A stretch of DNA of 64,000 bases, taken from positions 1,024,001-1,088,000 of the forward strand of contig OY760183.1 in the NCBI GenBank assembly GCA_963663275.1. Direction: 5' to 3'. Source of the stretch: Chloroflexota bacterium (lineage in GTDB: Bacteria > Chloroflexota > UBA11872 > VXOZ01). The position numbers and the translations under genes are program-made. A model generated the notes under the pieces. The model was not told the origin of the DNA and ran no database searches. It worked only from the letters and a program-made list of their open reading frames with translations. Of the stretch, positions 25,525 through 35,435 are shown piece after piece (the stretch's first letter is position 1; the number at the start of each line of letters is the position of its first letter).

Positions 25525-26481
25525 GTGAAGGGTCGCGACCTTCTCACACTTGCCGATCTCTCCGCGTCCGAAATCCACCGGATACTCGATTCCGGCAGGT
25601 CGTTGAAGGCCGCCACGCGCGCGGATGCGGCGCGCGGCGCCGACTACCGCCCGCTTGCCGGGCGCACGCTGGCGATGATCTTCGAGAAGCCCTCATTGCG
25701 CACCCGCGCCACCTTCGCCATCGGCATGCAGCAGTTGGGCGGCCAAGTGGTGGACCTGGCCGCGGAGCACTTGCAGATGGGCGTGCGCGAGACCGTGCCG
25801 GACGTGGCGCGGAACCTGGAACGCTGGGTGGACGTGATCATGGCGCGGGTTTTCGACCACGAGACGTTGGAAATCCTGGCGGAGCACGCCAGCATTCCCA
25901 TCATCAACGGTCTCTCGGATTACACGCATCCCTGCCAGGCCTTGGCCGATTTCCTTACGATGCAGGAGCATAAAGGCGACCTGACCCAACGCAAACTGGC
26001 CTACGTCGGCGACGGCTACAACGTGGCCAACTCGCTGCTCTTTGGCGCCGGCAAGCTCGGCTACCATCTGGCGATCGGCTGCCCGGAGGGCTACCTGCCG
26101 CCGGACGACATCGTCGCCCGGGCGCGGGGTCTCGCGGCGGAATCCGGCGCTGAGCTGGAGTTGCTTACCGATCCGGTAGCCGCCGTGCGCGATGCCGACG
26201 TAATCTACACCGATTCCTGGATAAGCATGGGACTGGAGGCGGAGGCCGCCGAGCGCGAGCGCGTCTTCCCGCCCTATCAGGTGAACGCGGAACTCTTGCG
26301 CCACGCGCGGCCGGACGCCATCGTGATGCACTGCCTGCCCGCGCACCGCAACATGGAGATCACCGACGAGGTGATGGACGGTCCCCAGTCGGTCGTGTTC
26401 GACCAGGCGGAGAACCGCCTCCACGCACAGAAGGCGGTGTTGCTGGCGCTCTTAGGTGGCGGGGATCCTCAAGCCGGTTAG
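25525..26481 (+). CDS. argF: Ornithine carbamoyltransferase
   Basis: FEKPSLRTR, HPCQ, GDG.NV, YTDSWISMG, HCLP, QAENRLH. Confidence 0.96.
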   Translation: MKGRDLLTLADLSASEIHRILDSGRSLKAATRADAARGADYRPLAGRTLAMIFEKPSLRTRATFAIGMQQLGGQVVDLAAEHLQMGVRETVPDVARNLERWVDVIMARVFDHETLEILAEHASIPIINGLSDYTHPCQALADFLTMQEHKGDLTQRKLAYVGDGYNVANSLLFGAGKLGYHLAIGCPEGYLPPDDIVARARGLAAESGAELELLTDPVAAVRDADVIYTDSWISMGLEAEAAERERVFPPYQVNAELLRHARPDAIVMHCLPAHRNMEITDEVMDGPQSVVFDQAENRLHAQKAVLLALLGGGDPQAG

Positions 26482-26571
26482 AGCCAAGCGCCAATCCCCC
26501 GCCACGGCCGGCCGGCGGCACGGGACGCGTCGGCACGCCGTAGGCCAGACACGCGCTCAACGAGGTGACCT

Positions 26572-27432
26572 GTGATAGTAGAAGACCTCCGTTGGCTGCT
26601 TTCCAGCCTGGACTACAGCGCGGCGTTCGACATTCTGCTCGTCGCCGCCATAATCCACATCCTCTTCACCATCGTGCGCGGGACGCTGGCGGACCAGTTG
26701 GTGCGCGGAATCGCCGTGCTGCTGGTCGTCGCCTTCATCATTGGCAATACCCTGCAACTCCTGGTCTTCGATTGGCTCTTGCGCAGCGTGCTCTCCGCCT
26801 TGGTGATCGCGATCCCCATCATCTTCCAGCCGGAACTTCGCCGTTTTCTGGAGCAAGTCGGGCGGCAAGGCACCCACCCGCTGGCCCGCTACATTCCGGT
26901 GAGCGAAGGCAACGTCCGCGCCTTAGACGCGGTAGCGAGCGTGGCCGGCCGCCTCGCGGCGAACAATTGGGGGGGCCTCATCGTAATCGAACGTGAAACC
27001 GGCTTGGAGGACCTGGTCGAGACCGGCCACCGGATCGACGGCCAGGTGAGTGAGGACTTGCTGCTGTCGATCTTCTATCCAAACTCGGCGCTGCACGACA
27101 AGGCCGTCATCATACGCGGCGGCCGCATCGTTGCCGCGTCGTGCATGCTGCCGCTCTCGGAGAACGTGCCGCCGGGCGAAGGCCTCGGCACGCGCCACGC
27201 GGCGGCCATTGGCGTGAGCGAGATGACCGACGCCGTCGCCGTCGCCGTTTCCGAACAGAGCGGCATCGTCTCGGTGGCGCGGGGCGGCGCGCTGCTGCGG
27301 CACCTGGACGAGGAAAAGCTGCGCACGTACCTCCATAGCCTCTTCAGCGAGGAGGGCGGCTCCTCGGTGCTGCCGTGGCTGCCGTTTCGCTCGCTGACGC
27401 GCAGCGACCGCGAGCGCAAAGTCTTGAAATAA
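26572..27432 (+). CDS. cdaA: Membrane diadenylate cyclase CdaA/DacA with variant catalytic motifs
   Basis: 3 TM segments, IFQPELRR, GLIVIER, LHDKA (canonical DGA), GTRHAAA (canonical RHR), VSE; followed by a YbbR gene. Confidence 0.9.
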   Translation: MIVEDLRWLLSSLDYSAAFDILLVAAIIHILFTIVRGTLADQLVRGIAVLLVVAFIIGNTLQLLVFDWLLRSVLSALVIAIPIIFQPELRRFLEQVGRQGTHPLARYIPVSEGNVRALDAVASVAGRLAANNWGGLIVIERETGLEDLVETGHRIDGQVSEDLLLSIFYPNSALHDKAVIIRGGRIVAASCMLPLSENVPPGEGLGTRHAAAIGVSEMTDAVAVAVSEQSGIVSVARGGALLRHLDEEKLRTYLHSLFSEEGGSSVLPWLPFRSLTRSDRERKVLK

Positions 27433-27439
27433 CCCTGGC

Positions 27440-28774
27440 ATGAATAGAATTCGCTCTCTCTTCGAATTGCTCGGACACTTTCTGACCCACACCCTGGGTG
27501 TGCGGTTTCTCTTTGCGCTGGCAATATCGATCATCCTGTGGGTGTTGTTCACCGCGGAGCGGAACCCGGTGCGGGAGGACGTCTTCGGCGCGGAGATTCC
27601 GGTGGAAACCAGCCGCTTGGGCGACGGCCTGGTGCTCAGCCGCACCACACCCAGCACGGTACGCTTGCGGATAGCCGCGCCCCGCGACCTGTGGGACACG
27701 CTGACCGCGGACAACTTCCGCGTGGCGGCGGATCTCTACGCCGTTGGCGCCGGCATCCATGAAGTCGCCATTCGCGTTGAGAGTCCGGAATCCATCCGCG
27801 TGATTGCCGCGGAACCGGCGACGGTGACGGTGGCGCTGGAGCAACGCAAGGAGAAAGAGGTGCCGGTGCAGGTTGAACTGGTCGGGGCGCCGCCTTTCGG
27901 CTACCGGTTTCAACTGGAGGAGTTGCTCCTGCTCCCGGACGTGGTGAAGGTGATCGGGCCCGAATCCAAAGTGGATCTGGTGGCCGCGGTGTGGCTGCGG
28001 GTGGAGGTGCATAACGCCCGGAGCACCGTAAGCCTCACGCAGCGGGCGGTACCCCGCGACGCCCAGGGAGAGAACGTGACCGGCGTGCAACTCGATCCGC
28101 CCGTCGTGCAGGTGTCGGTGCCGGTCGAGCAGCTTATCGCCTACAAAGACGTGCCGGTGCGCGTCAACGTCGTAGGGGAGCCGGGGCCGGGCTATTACGT
28201 CTCGCTCTACCGCGCCGAGCCCGCCACCGCACGCCTCTACGGTGCGCCCGAACAACTGGATGAATGGAGTTTCGTGTCTACCGTGCCCATAGACGTCACC
28301 GGCGCTACCGGCACGATCACGCAGACCGCCGGGCTCGCGAGACCGTCGGGTATTGTAGGCATCTCCAGCGAGAATGAGGTTGAAGTTACGGTGGAAGTCT
28401 TGCCGGTGATGGGCAGCGCCGAGACGCAGATTGTCGTAGTGCACGAGAACCTGCCGCCGGGCCTGGATGTCTCCATCAACCCCGCCATCGTCGCGCTTAC
28501 GCTCTATGGCCCCGCGCCGGAACTGCGGGAACTGGACGCAAGCAGCATAATCGTCTCGGTGAACCTGACCGGCTTGGGCGCCGGCACGTACACGTTGTCG
28601 CCCATCATCAGCGCGCCTGACGCATTGACGGTGGAAGGCTTCACCCCGCGGCAACTGCAAGTGGTGCTGACGGCGCGCCCCACGCCACAGCCCTCACCGG
28701 CCCCGGCGGCGCCTACCCCAACCCCAACGCCCGCGGCGGAGTCGCCGCCTCCCACGCCAACACCGGGTACGTAG
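27440..28774 (+). CDS. cdaR: CdaR/YbbR-domain cyclase regulator
   Basis: N-terminal TM, repeated beta-rich YbbR-like units (V.V.GP), directly downstream of cdaA. Confidence 0.88.
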   Translation: MNRIRSLFELLGHFLTHTLGVRFLFALAISIILWVLFTAERNPVREDVFGAEIPVETSRLGDGLVLSRTTPSTVRLRIAAPRDLWDTLTADNFRVAADLYAVGAGIHEVAIRVESPESIRVIAAEPATVTVALEQRKEKEVPVQVELVGAPPFGYRFQLEELLLLPDVVKVIGPESKVDLVAAVWLRVEVHNARSTVSLTQRAVPRDAQGENVTGVQLDPPVVQVSVPVEQLIAYKDVPVRVNVVGEPGPGYYVSLYRAEPATARLYGAPEQLDEWSFVSTVPIDVTGATGTITQTAGLARPSGIVGISSENEVEVTVEVLPVMGSAETQIVVVHENLPPGLDVSINPAIVALTLYGPAPELRELDASSIIVSVNLTGLGAGTYTLSPIISAPDALTVEGFTPRQLQVVLTARPTPQPSPAPAAPTPTPTPAAESPPPTPTPGT

Positions 28775-28847
28775 CGGCCGCAAACGGTGAATGGATTGGG
28801 AGCCGGCCGCGCGGCCAAGGCGCTCCACGCACGGTGACCGAACGCGC

Positions 28848-28878
28848 TTGACATGGTACAATGCCACGCAGAGGAGGC
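28848..28878 (+). promoter_or_regulatory. Probable extended -10 promoter and RBS of the small coiled-coil gene
   Basis: TGGTACAAT at 28854-28862 and AGGAGG at 28872-28877. Confidence 0.5.
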
Positions 28879-28883
28879 AAACT

Positions 28884-29129
28884 ATGGAAAACATCTCGGA
28901 TTGGGCGCCGACGATCGTGGCTATTGTGGCGTTCGCCGGACTGATCTGGCGTTTCGAGACCCGCATCTCCGGCGTTGAGCACCGCTTGGGCGAGCGCATT
29001 TCCCACCTCGGCGAGCGCGTATCGCACATGGAGGGACTCATCGAAGGCTTGAACGATCGTGTCTCTCGCATCGAGAGTGTGCTCGATACCTACTTCATGC
29101 ACGTCAGCAAGAAGGACGATTCGGAGTAA
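28884..29129 (+). CDS. Small N-terminal TM + coiled-coil protein (paralogue 2), 81 aa
   Basis: MENISDWAPTIVAIVAFAGLIWRFETRISGVEHRLGERISHLGERVSHMEGLIEG; strong RBS. Confidence 0.85.
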   Translation: MENISDWAPTIVAIVAFAGLIWRFETRISGVEHRLGERISHLGERVSHMEGLIEGLNDRVSRIESVLDTYFMHVSKKDDSE

Positions 29130-29359
29130 CGGTTCCGGCTCCGCTTCCCTCAGGCCCCGCGCCGGTTGCTTGCTCATCCCGGCGACGGGGTGCTTTTGCG
29201 TCCGGCGGGCGGCGTCCAGTACAGAGATGCTGACGGGCGGCTATACTGTACGTGCGCCGCGCCGGGCGCGGCAAGGGCCAGGCCGTTCGCGCACGCGCTC
29301 TCCGGCAGGCTCTTTTGGCTGCGTCCTGAATTTCGCAAGAGAGACAAGAGACTCCCACC

Positions 29360-30958
29360 GTGGTCAAGTGGTCGTACACGCCCCGCGTGCAGATCGTCGG
29401 ACGGGCGAAGAATCCCGAAGCGATTACGGCGGGCATGGCGCGCATCAGCCGCGACCCCACGCCCGTGCCGCAACTCATCAAGGAGGCCCGCGACAATACG
29501 GCCCTTGCGCGCCAGCGCAACCAGCGGGTGGTGTACGAATACGGCCACAACAGCGTGGCGGAGCACGGCTGCTTCAGCGCCGCGATCTGGGACATACCCC
29601 GCCTGCTTTCGTTGGAAATCGTGCGGCATCGGCTGGCGGCCTACACGCAGCACAGCGGACGCTACATCCCGTTTGAAGAGGTGCCGCGCCAGTTCTACTT
29701 GCCGCGGGCGTACCGGCGCGGCAAGGCGCGGCGCTTGTTCGAGGAGGCGGTGAGCCAGAGCCACGCCGCCTACCGCGAAATCTACGCCGGCTGCGCCGCT
29801 TACCTCCTGGAAAAGTACCCGCGCATGAGGCCCGCCTCCGCCGAGCGCCGCGCCACCGAGGACGCGCGTTACGCGCTGCCGCTGGCGCAGACCACCCAGG
29901 TGGGCGTGACGACAAACGCCCGCGCTTTCGCCCTGATGATCACGCGGCTGCTCTCCTCGCCGCTGCCGGAGTTTCAGGAAACCGGCGAAAGGCTCTTTGC
30001 GCAACTTCATCCGATCGCGCCCTCGCTCTTTCCGGAAAAATACATCCGCGCGCTGCCGTATCCCCAGAGCGGTTTAGACGCCGTGCAAGAGGCCGCGGCG
30101 GCGCTGGGCGTTATCCCGGCTAACACTCCCAACCCGCCGGACAGCCCCTCCGACACTCCCACCGACCCTGCCGTCAATCCCGCGAACCCTACTGTCATTC
30201 CCGCGCACACTGCCGTAAATCCCGCCAACTCTGCCGTCATTCCCGCGAAAGCGGGAATCCATCCGCCGCAAGGCGCGGCGAGCGCAACACCCACTGTCAA
30301 CCATAGCGTGCGGCTTGTGCATTACGACCCGGACGGCGAGCGCCACTTGGCCGCGGCCTTGCTCTTCCACGGTTCGCGGGTGACCTTCACCGCCGCGCAA
30401 CAGGCGGCGGCGCGTCTCGACGCGGAGCAGGTGGGACAGGTGATCCGCTCCGCTTACCGGGGCTTGCACGCCCACGACACGCTGCTGCGCGAGTTCGAAC
30501 TCCTGCACTATCAATTCGAGTTGGTGATGTCGGAAGCGGCCTATCACCAATTCATCCGCCACCGCATGAAGAGCGAGGTCTCCCAGAGCCACAGCCCCGT
30601 CCACGGGCGCACCTTGCCGCCGCTGGTGCGCAACGCCGGTTTCGCCGACCGGTACCGGCGTACGCTCGACTTCCTGGAAGAGACCTATCGCGCCTTGGGC
30701 GCAGACCGGCGCGCTGAAATCGTGCTGGCCAACGGGCACAACCTTCGCATTCTGGCCGACCTCAACGCGCGCGAAATCGTCGAGATGTCGCGCATTCGCA
30801 GCGACCGGCACGCGCAGTGGGATATTCGCAACGTTTCCGACGCCATCGCCGCCGCGGTGACGCGCGTCCATCCCCGCGTGGGCGCGGCGTGCGGCGGCCG
30901 CGACGCTTTCAAGGACGGCACGGCTAAGGTGCTGCCGCATACCGACATGCCGCAATGA
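29360..30958 (+). CDS. thyX: FAD-dependent thymidylate synthase, tandem two-domain form
   Basis: GHNSVAEH, RHR-X7-S-X-R (RHRLAAYTQHSGR), EDARYALP; second domain with RHR and HAQWDIR. Confidence 0.88.
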   Translation: MVKWSYTPRVQIVGRAKNPEAITAGMARISRDPTPVPQLIKEARDNTALARQRNQRVVYEYGHNSVAEHGCFSAAIWDIPRLLSLEIVRHRLAAYTQHSGRYIPFEEVPRQFYLPRAYRRGKARRLFEEAVSQSHAAYREIYAGCAAYLLEKYPRMRPASAERRATEDARYALPLAQTTQVGVTTNARAFALMITRLLSSPLPEFQETGERLFAQLHPIAPSLFPEKYIRALPYPQSGLDAVQEAAAALGVIPANTPNPPDSPSDTPTDPAVNPANPTVIPAHTAVNPANSAVIPAKAGIHPPQGAASATPTVNHSVRLVHYDPDGERHLAAALLFHGSRVTFTAAQQAAARLDAEQVGQVIRSAYRGLHAHDTLLREFELLHYQFELVMSEAAYHQFIRHRMKSEVSQSHSPVHGRTLPPLVRNAGFADRYRRTLDFLEETYRALGADRRAEIVLANGHNLRILADLNAREIVEMSRIRSDRHAQWDIRNVSDAIAAAVTRVHPRVGAACGGRDAFKDGTAKVLPHTDMPQ

Positions 30959-31141
30959 ACGCCGGGGCCTAGGCCCGCCGGTGGCCTCCCGGTCGCGCCG
31001 GTTCGCGGTCGCTCGCCCCGTCGGTCCGCGGATCTCAATTAGGATTCACCGACGCGATTGCCTATAATGGAGAATACGGAATTATATCTACACGGAAGAG
31101 CAGCGACCGGCCCCCACAAAGCAAGGAGCGGGCATTGCATC

Positions 31142-32224
31142 ATGGCTACGCGAGCGCGGACGAAAGAAGAGAACGGCGCGGATGGGCGCACCCAGGCGCT
31201 GGAGGCGGCGATTAGCCAGATTGAGCGCCGCTACGGCAAGGGCTCGATCATGCGCATGGGCGAAGAGGCCGCCGTGCCCGTTTCCGTCGTCCCCACCGGC
31301 TCGCTCTCGCTCGACCTGGCATTGGGCGTAGGCGGCGTGCCCCGGGGGCGCATTATCGAAATCTACGGCAATGAGGGCAGCGGCAAGACCACCCTGGCCC
31401 AGCACGTGGTAGCCGAGGCCCAGCAGGGCGGCGGCTCCGCCGCTTTCGTGGACGCCGAGCACGCCTTCGACCCCTCCTATGCCGCCAAGTGCGGCGTGCG
31501 CATCGACGACCTGCTGGTCTCCCAGCCGGACAACGGCGAACAGGCCCTGGAAATCGCCGAGATGCTGGTGCGCAGCAACGCCGTGGACGTCATCGTGGTC
31601 GACTCCGTGGCCGCCTTGGTGCCGAAAGCCGAGATCGAAGGCGAAATGGGCGATGCCCACATGGGCTTGCAGGCGCGGCTCATGTCGCAGGCGCTGCGCA
31701 AGCTCACCGCCGCCATCAACCGTTCGCGCACCGTCGTCATCTTCATCAACCAGGTGCGTGAGAAGATCGGCATTGTGTTCGGCAACCCGGAGACCACGCC
31801 GGGCGGACGCGCCCTGCGTTTCTACTCCTCCGTGCGCATCGACGTGCGGCGCATCGATTACGTGAAGAACGGACAGGAGCAGGTGGGCATCCGCGTGCGC
31901 GCCAAGGTGGTCAAGAACAAGGTCGCGCCGCCGTTCCAGACCTGCGAGTTCGACATTCTCTTCGACGAGGGCATCTCCAAGCTGGGCGATCTCATCGACC
32001 TATCCACGGAGTACGGCATCGTGCGCAAGGCCGGCGCCCACTACTCCCACGGCGACACCCGCCTCGGCCTGGGGCGCGAGAACGTGCGCAACTTCCTCAA
32101 GGAAAACGGCGACATCGCCGCGGAGATCGAGCAGAAGGTGCGCGCCCACGCCCAGGAAACGCTGGACGCCGCGCCCGCGGACGAACCGGCCGCGGCGGTA
32201 GCGAACGCGGGAAAGCGCGGCTAA
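31142..32224 (+). CDS. recA: Recombinase A
   Basis: [49 protein letters not shown]; AAGGAG RBS before ATG 31142. Confidence 0.99.
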   Translation: MATRARTKEENGADGRTQALEAAISQIERRYGKGSIMRMGEEAAVPVSVVPTGSLSLDLALGVGGVPRGRIIEIYGNEGSGKTTLAQHVVAEAQQGGGSAAFVDAEHAFDPSYAAKCGVRIDDLLVSQPDNGEQALEIAEMLVRSNAVDVIVVDSVAALVPKAEIEGEMGDAHMGLQARLMSQALRKLTAAINRSRTVVIFINQVREKIGIVFGNPETTPGGRALRFYSSVRIDVRRIDYVKNGQEQVGIRVRAKVVKNKVAPPFQTCEFDILFDEGISKLGDLIDLSTEYGIVRKAGAHYSHGDTRLGLGRENVRNFLKENGDIAAEIEQKVRAHAQETLDAAPADEPAAAVANAGKRG

Positions 32225-32231
32225 GCATCCG

Positions 32232-33620
32232 ATGAACCGGCGCTACTTCATCACCCTGGCATTCATCATCGTCTTCGTCGTGCTGGCGGGCTACGTCAAC
32301 TGGCCTGACAATCCCGGCATGGACGTCGGTTTCGGCGGCGCGCGCCTGGTGCGCGACCTCCGCTATCACCTGGGCCTCGACCTTCAAGGCGGGCTGCACG
32401 TGGTGCTGCGGGCCACGCCTTCCGAGGGCCAGGAAATCACCGGCGACCACATGGAAGCCACCCGCGACATCATTGCGCAGCGCGTGAACGCGCTCGGCGT
32501 TTCGGAACCCATAGTGCAACTGGAGGGCACGGACCGCATCATCGTGGAACTTCCCGGCGTGGAGAATCCCGATGAAGCCATCGCGCTCTTCCGCGAAACC
32601 GGCGAACTCGCATTCGTCAACCTAGGCAGGAGCACGGTGCCGCCGGTGCAGGTCGGCGGCCTGGTGCAAGGCGAACAGTATAGCCGCCTCTTCACCGGCG
32701 CGCAGGTCGAATCCGCCGAAGTCGGCTTCGACGAGCGCGGCTTGCCGCAGATCAACTTCGAACTGAAAGACGAAGGCGCCGCCGTCTTCGAAACCTTTAC
32801 CTCCCAGAACGTCTGCGCGCGGGCCGGCGGCGAGCCGTGCACCTGGCTGGGCATCACGCTGGACGACATCCTCATCTCCGCCGCCACGATTTCCAGCCCC
32901 ATCTCGAATCGCGGCCGCATCACCGGCAGCTTTACCCTGGATGAAGCCCGCGACATCGTCATCAAGCTGAAGTACGGCGCGCTGCCGGTGCCGTTGGAAA
33001 TCGCGCAGAACCGCACCGTCGGACCCACCCTCGGCCAGGACTCCGTAGACCGCAGCCTGCGGGCCGGCATCATCGGCCTGGCGCTGGTAGCCGTGTTCAT
33101 GTTCATCTACTATCGTCTGCCCGGCCTGGTGGCCGTCGTCGCCCTGCTCATCTACGCGCTGCTCGTGCTCGGCATCTTCAAGCTGTGGCCGGTGGTGCTC
33201 ACGCTGGCGGGCATTGCCGGTTTCATCCTCTCCGTGGGCATGGCCGTGGACGCGAACATCCTGATCTTCGAGCGGCTGAAGGAAGAACTGCGCCGGGGCC
33301 GCACCTTGCGCTCGGCGCTGGACGTCGGTTTCGAGCGGGCGTGGACTTCGATCCGGGATTCGAATATCTCCACGCTCATCACCTGCGCGGTGCTCTTCTA
33401 CTTTGGCACGGGCATCGTGCGCGGCTTTGCCGTAACGCTTGCCATCGGCGTCATCATCAGCATGTTCACGGCGATCACGGTCACGCGCACCTTCCTCTAC
33501 CTGGTGGTGCGCATGCCGCGCGTGCGCGATCACCCCTGGCTCTGCGGCGTGGCGGCCGCCGCGCAGGAGCAGTCCCAAGGACCGCGCCAATCCCCGCCGC
33601 AGCACGCCACGGAACCATAG
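32232..33620 (+). CDS. secD: Protein translocase subunit SecD
   Basis: LGLDLQGG, RVNALGVSEP, VGPTLG, GMAVDANILIFER, DSN. Confidence 0.97.
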   Translation: MNRRYFITLAFIIVFVVLAGYVNWPDNPGMDVGFGGARLVRDLRYHLGLDLQGGLHVVLRATPSEGQEITGDHMEATRDIIAQRVNALGVSEPIVQLEGTDRIIVELPGVENPDEAIALFRETGELAFVNLGRSTVPPVQVGGLVQGEQYSRLFTGAQVESAEVGFDERGLPQINFELKDEGAAVFETFTSQNVCARAGGEPCTWLGITLDDILISAATISSPISNRGRITGSFTLDEARDIVIKLKYGALPVPLEIAQNRTVGPTLGQDSVDRSLRAGIIGLALVAVFMFIYYRLPGLVAVVALLIYALLVLGIFKLWPVVLTLAGIAGFILSVGMAVDANILIFERLKEELRRGRTLRSALDVGFERAWTSIRDSNISTLITCAVLFYFGTGIVRGFAVTLAIGVIISMFTAITVTRTFLYLVVRMPRVRDHPWLCGVAAAAQEQSQGPRQSPPQHATEP

Positions 33621-33644
33621 AGACCATAGGGCAGTGAATCCGCG

Positions 33645-35435
33645 ATGCCGCTAGCCACCCGTCCCGTAGACTCCGTCCGGGGGATGCTGGACTTGGACGC
33701 CCAGCAGACCCACGCGCAGGCGCAGCTACGGCATTCGCTGCTTGGCGCTTTTCAACTCGCCGGCTATTCGCCGATCGAAGCGCCGCTGGTGGAGCAGGCC
33801 GACCTCTACCTGCGCAAGTCCGGCGCCGAGACCATCTCCAAGATGTACACGTTCGAGGATTTCAGCGGCCGCCGCCTGGCGCTGCGCCCGGAGTTTACGG
33901 CCTCTATCGTCCGCTACTACCTGAGCAACGACCAGAACGCGCCCTTCCCGCTGCGCTACGCCTACGCCGGGCCCGCCTTTCGCTATGAAAAACCGCAGCG
34001 CGGCCGCTACCGGCAGTTTTCCATGGCCGGCGTGGAGCTATTCGGCAGCGACGGCCCCGCCGCCGACGCCGAGGTAATCGCCCTGGCGTGCTGGACTCTG
34101 AAGCGGCTTGGCGTCCAGCGGTACCGGCTGGTTATCGGCCACGTTGGCATTCTGCTGGAACTGCTGGGCAGCCTGGGGCTCTCCACCCGCCTGCGGCACT
34201 TCCTGCTGGATAGCATGGAAGACGTGGGCCGGCCGGGGCGCGGCTTGGACTACGTGCGCAGGCGGCTGGAGGAAATTCATCCGGCGCGGCAGCCGGCCGC
34301 GCCGGTGCGTGCTTCGACAGGCTCAGCACGAACGGGGGAGGCGGCGCAAGCGGAAGGCTCAGCGCGAACAGGGGAGTCGGCGCAAGCGGAAGGCTCAGCA
34401 CGAACGGGGAAGGCGGAGCAAGCGGAAGGGGCAGCGCAAACGGAAGACTCAGCGCGAACGGAAGGGGCGGCGCAGACGGGAGAGTCTGCGCAGTCGGAAG
34501 GGTTGGCGCTAACGGCGGGAGCGGAAGCACAGCCCGGATCCGGCGTGCAGGCCGGCGACGAGGAGAGTGCGCTGACCGCCACCGAGGAGAATAAGCTGTC
34601 CACTTATGGGGCGGAAGCGTTGTCCGGTTCCGAGGCGCAGGCGCACGCTACGCTGCAAGCCTCGTTGCGGGAGATGGGCATCGAACTGGACGGCAGCCGG
34701 CCGGCGGCGGCGATACTGGGCCGCATGTTCGATAAGCAGCGCGCCTCCGCCGAGGACGAGCGCCTGGAACGCGCTTTCGCTTTCATCCAAGGCCTGCACC
34801 GGCTTACGGGCGCGCCCGGCCAGGTGCTGGAACGCGCGCGGGCTTTTCTGGCGGAGTACGGCCTGGGCGACCGGCTCCTGGGCCGCCTTGAGGACGTAAT
34901 CGGCGCGCTGGCCGCCCACGGCATCGAGGACTCCCACGTGGAAGTGCAACTCGCCCTGGGGCGCGGTCTCCACTATTACACCGACGTGGTCTTCGAACTG
35001 TACGATAAATCCGGCCAGAGCCAGTTGTGCGGCGGCGGCCGCTACAACGAACTGGTGCAATCCCTCGGCGGGCGCAAGTCGATCCCCGCGGTCGGCTTCG
35101 CCTTTGGGCTGGAGCGCCTCCGCCTGGCGCTGGAGCGGCAGGGAACCCCCTTGCCCGCGCCGCCCCGGACGCGGGTGCTGGTGGCGGCCGCCGCGCCCAA
35201 CGCCGCTCACGCCGCCATGCGCGCGGCGCAACGGCTGCGGGAGCACGGCATCCAAACGGAATACGACCTGCGGCAACGCGCCCCCCGCGCGCGCGTCGGC
35301 TACGCCAACCGCCGGCAGATACCCTACCTCCTGCTGGTCGAGGACGACGTGGCGCGTCCGACGCTCTACGATCTCGCGGAGGGCAGCGAACGGACTATGC
35401 CGCTCAGTGACGTGGCGCAGGTGCTCGATGGCTGA
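33645..35435 (+). CDS. HisZ (ATP-PRT regulatory subunit) or histidine--tRNA ligase-like protein, with an in-frame repeat insertion
   Basis: LRPEFTAS, FRYEKPQRGRYRQF, RGLHYY, GGGRY, GLER and an anticodon-binding-like C-terminus; overlaps the hisG start. Confidence 0.85.
   Translation: MPLATRPVDSVRGMLDLDAQQTHAQAQLRHSLLGAFQLAGYSPIEAPLVEQADLYLRKSGAETISKMYTFEDFSGRRLALRPEFTASIVRYYLSNDQNAPFPLRYAYAGPAFRYEKPQRGRYRQFSMAGVELFGSDGPAADAEVIALACWTLKRLGVQRYRLVIGHVGILLELLGSLGLSTRLRHFLLDSMEDVGRPGRGLDYVRRRLEEIHPARQPAAPVRASTGSARTGEAAQAEGSARTGESAQAEGSARTGKAEQAEGAAQTEDSARTEGAAQTGESAQSEGLALTAGAEAQPGSGVQAGDEESALTATEENKLSTYGAEALSGSEAQAHATLQASLREMGIELDGSRPAAAILGRMFDKQRASAEDERLERAFAFIQGLHRLTGAPGQVLERARAFLAEYGLGDRLLGRLEDVIGALAAHGIEDSHVEVQLALGRGLHYYTDVVFELYDKSGQSQLCGGGRYNELVQSLGGRKSIPAVGFAFGLERLRLALERQGTPLPAPPRTRVLVAAAAPNAAHAAMRAAQRLREHGIQTEYDLRQRAPRARVGYANRRQIPYLLLVEDDVARPTLYDLAEGSERTMPLSDVAQVLDG

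Noticed and set aside
30960-31141. LexA box upstream of recA
   Set aside because: No convincing GAAC-N4-GTTC site seen.
35104-35427. N-terminal extensions in the ORF track (hisG; also recA, AKR, MDR, CPA2, ABC, AbrB)
   Set aside because: They overlap upstream genes or repeats; homology and RBS point to later starts.
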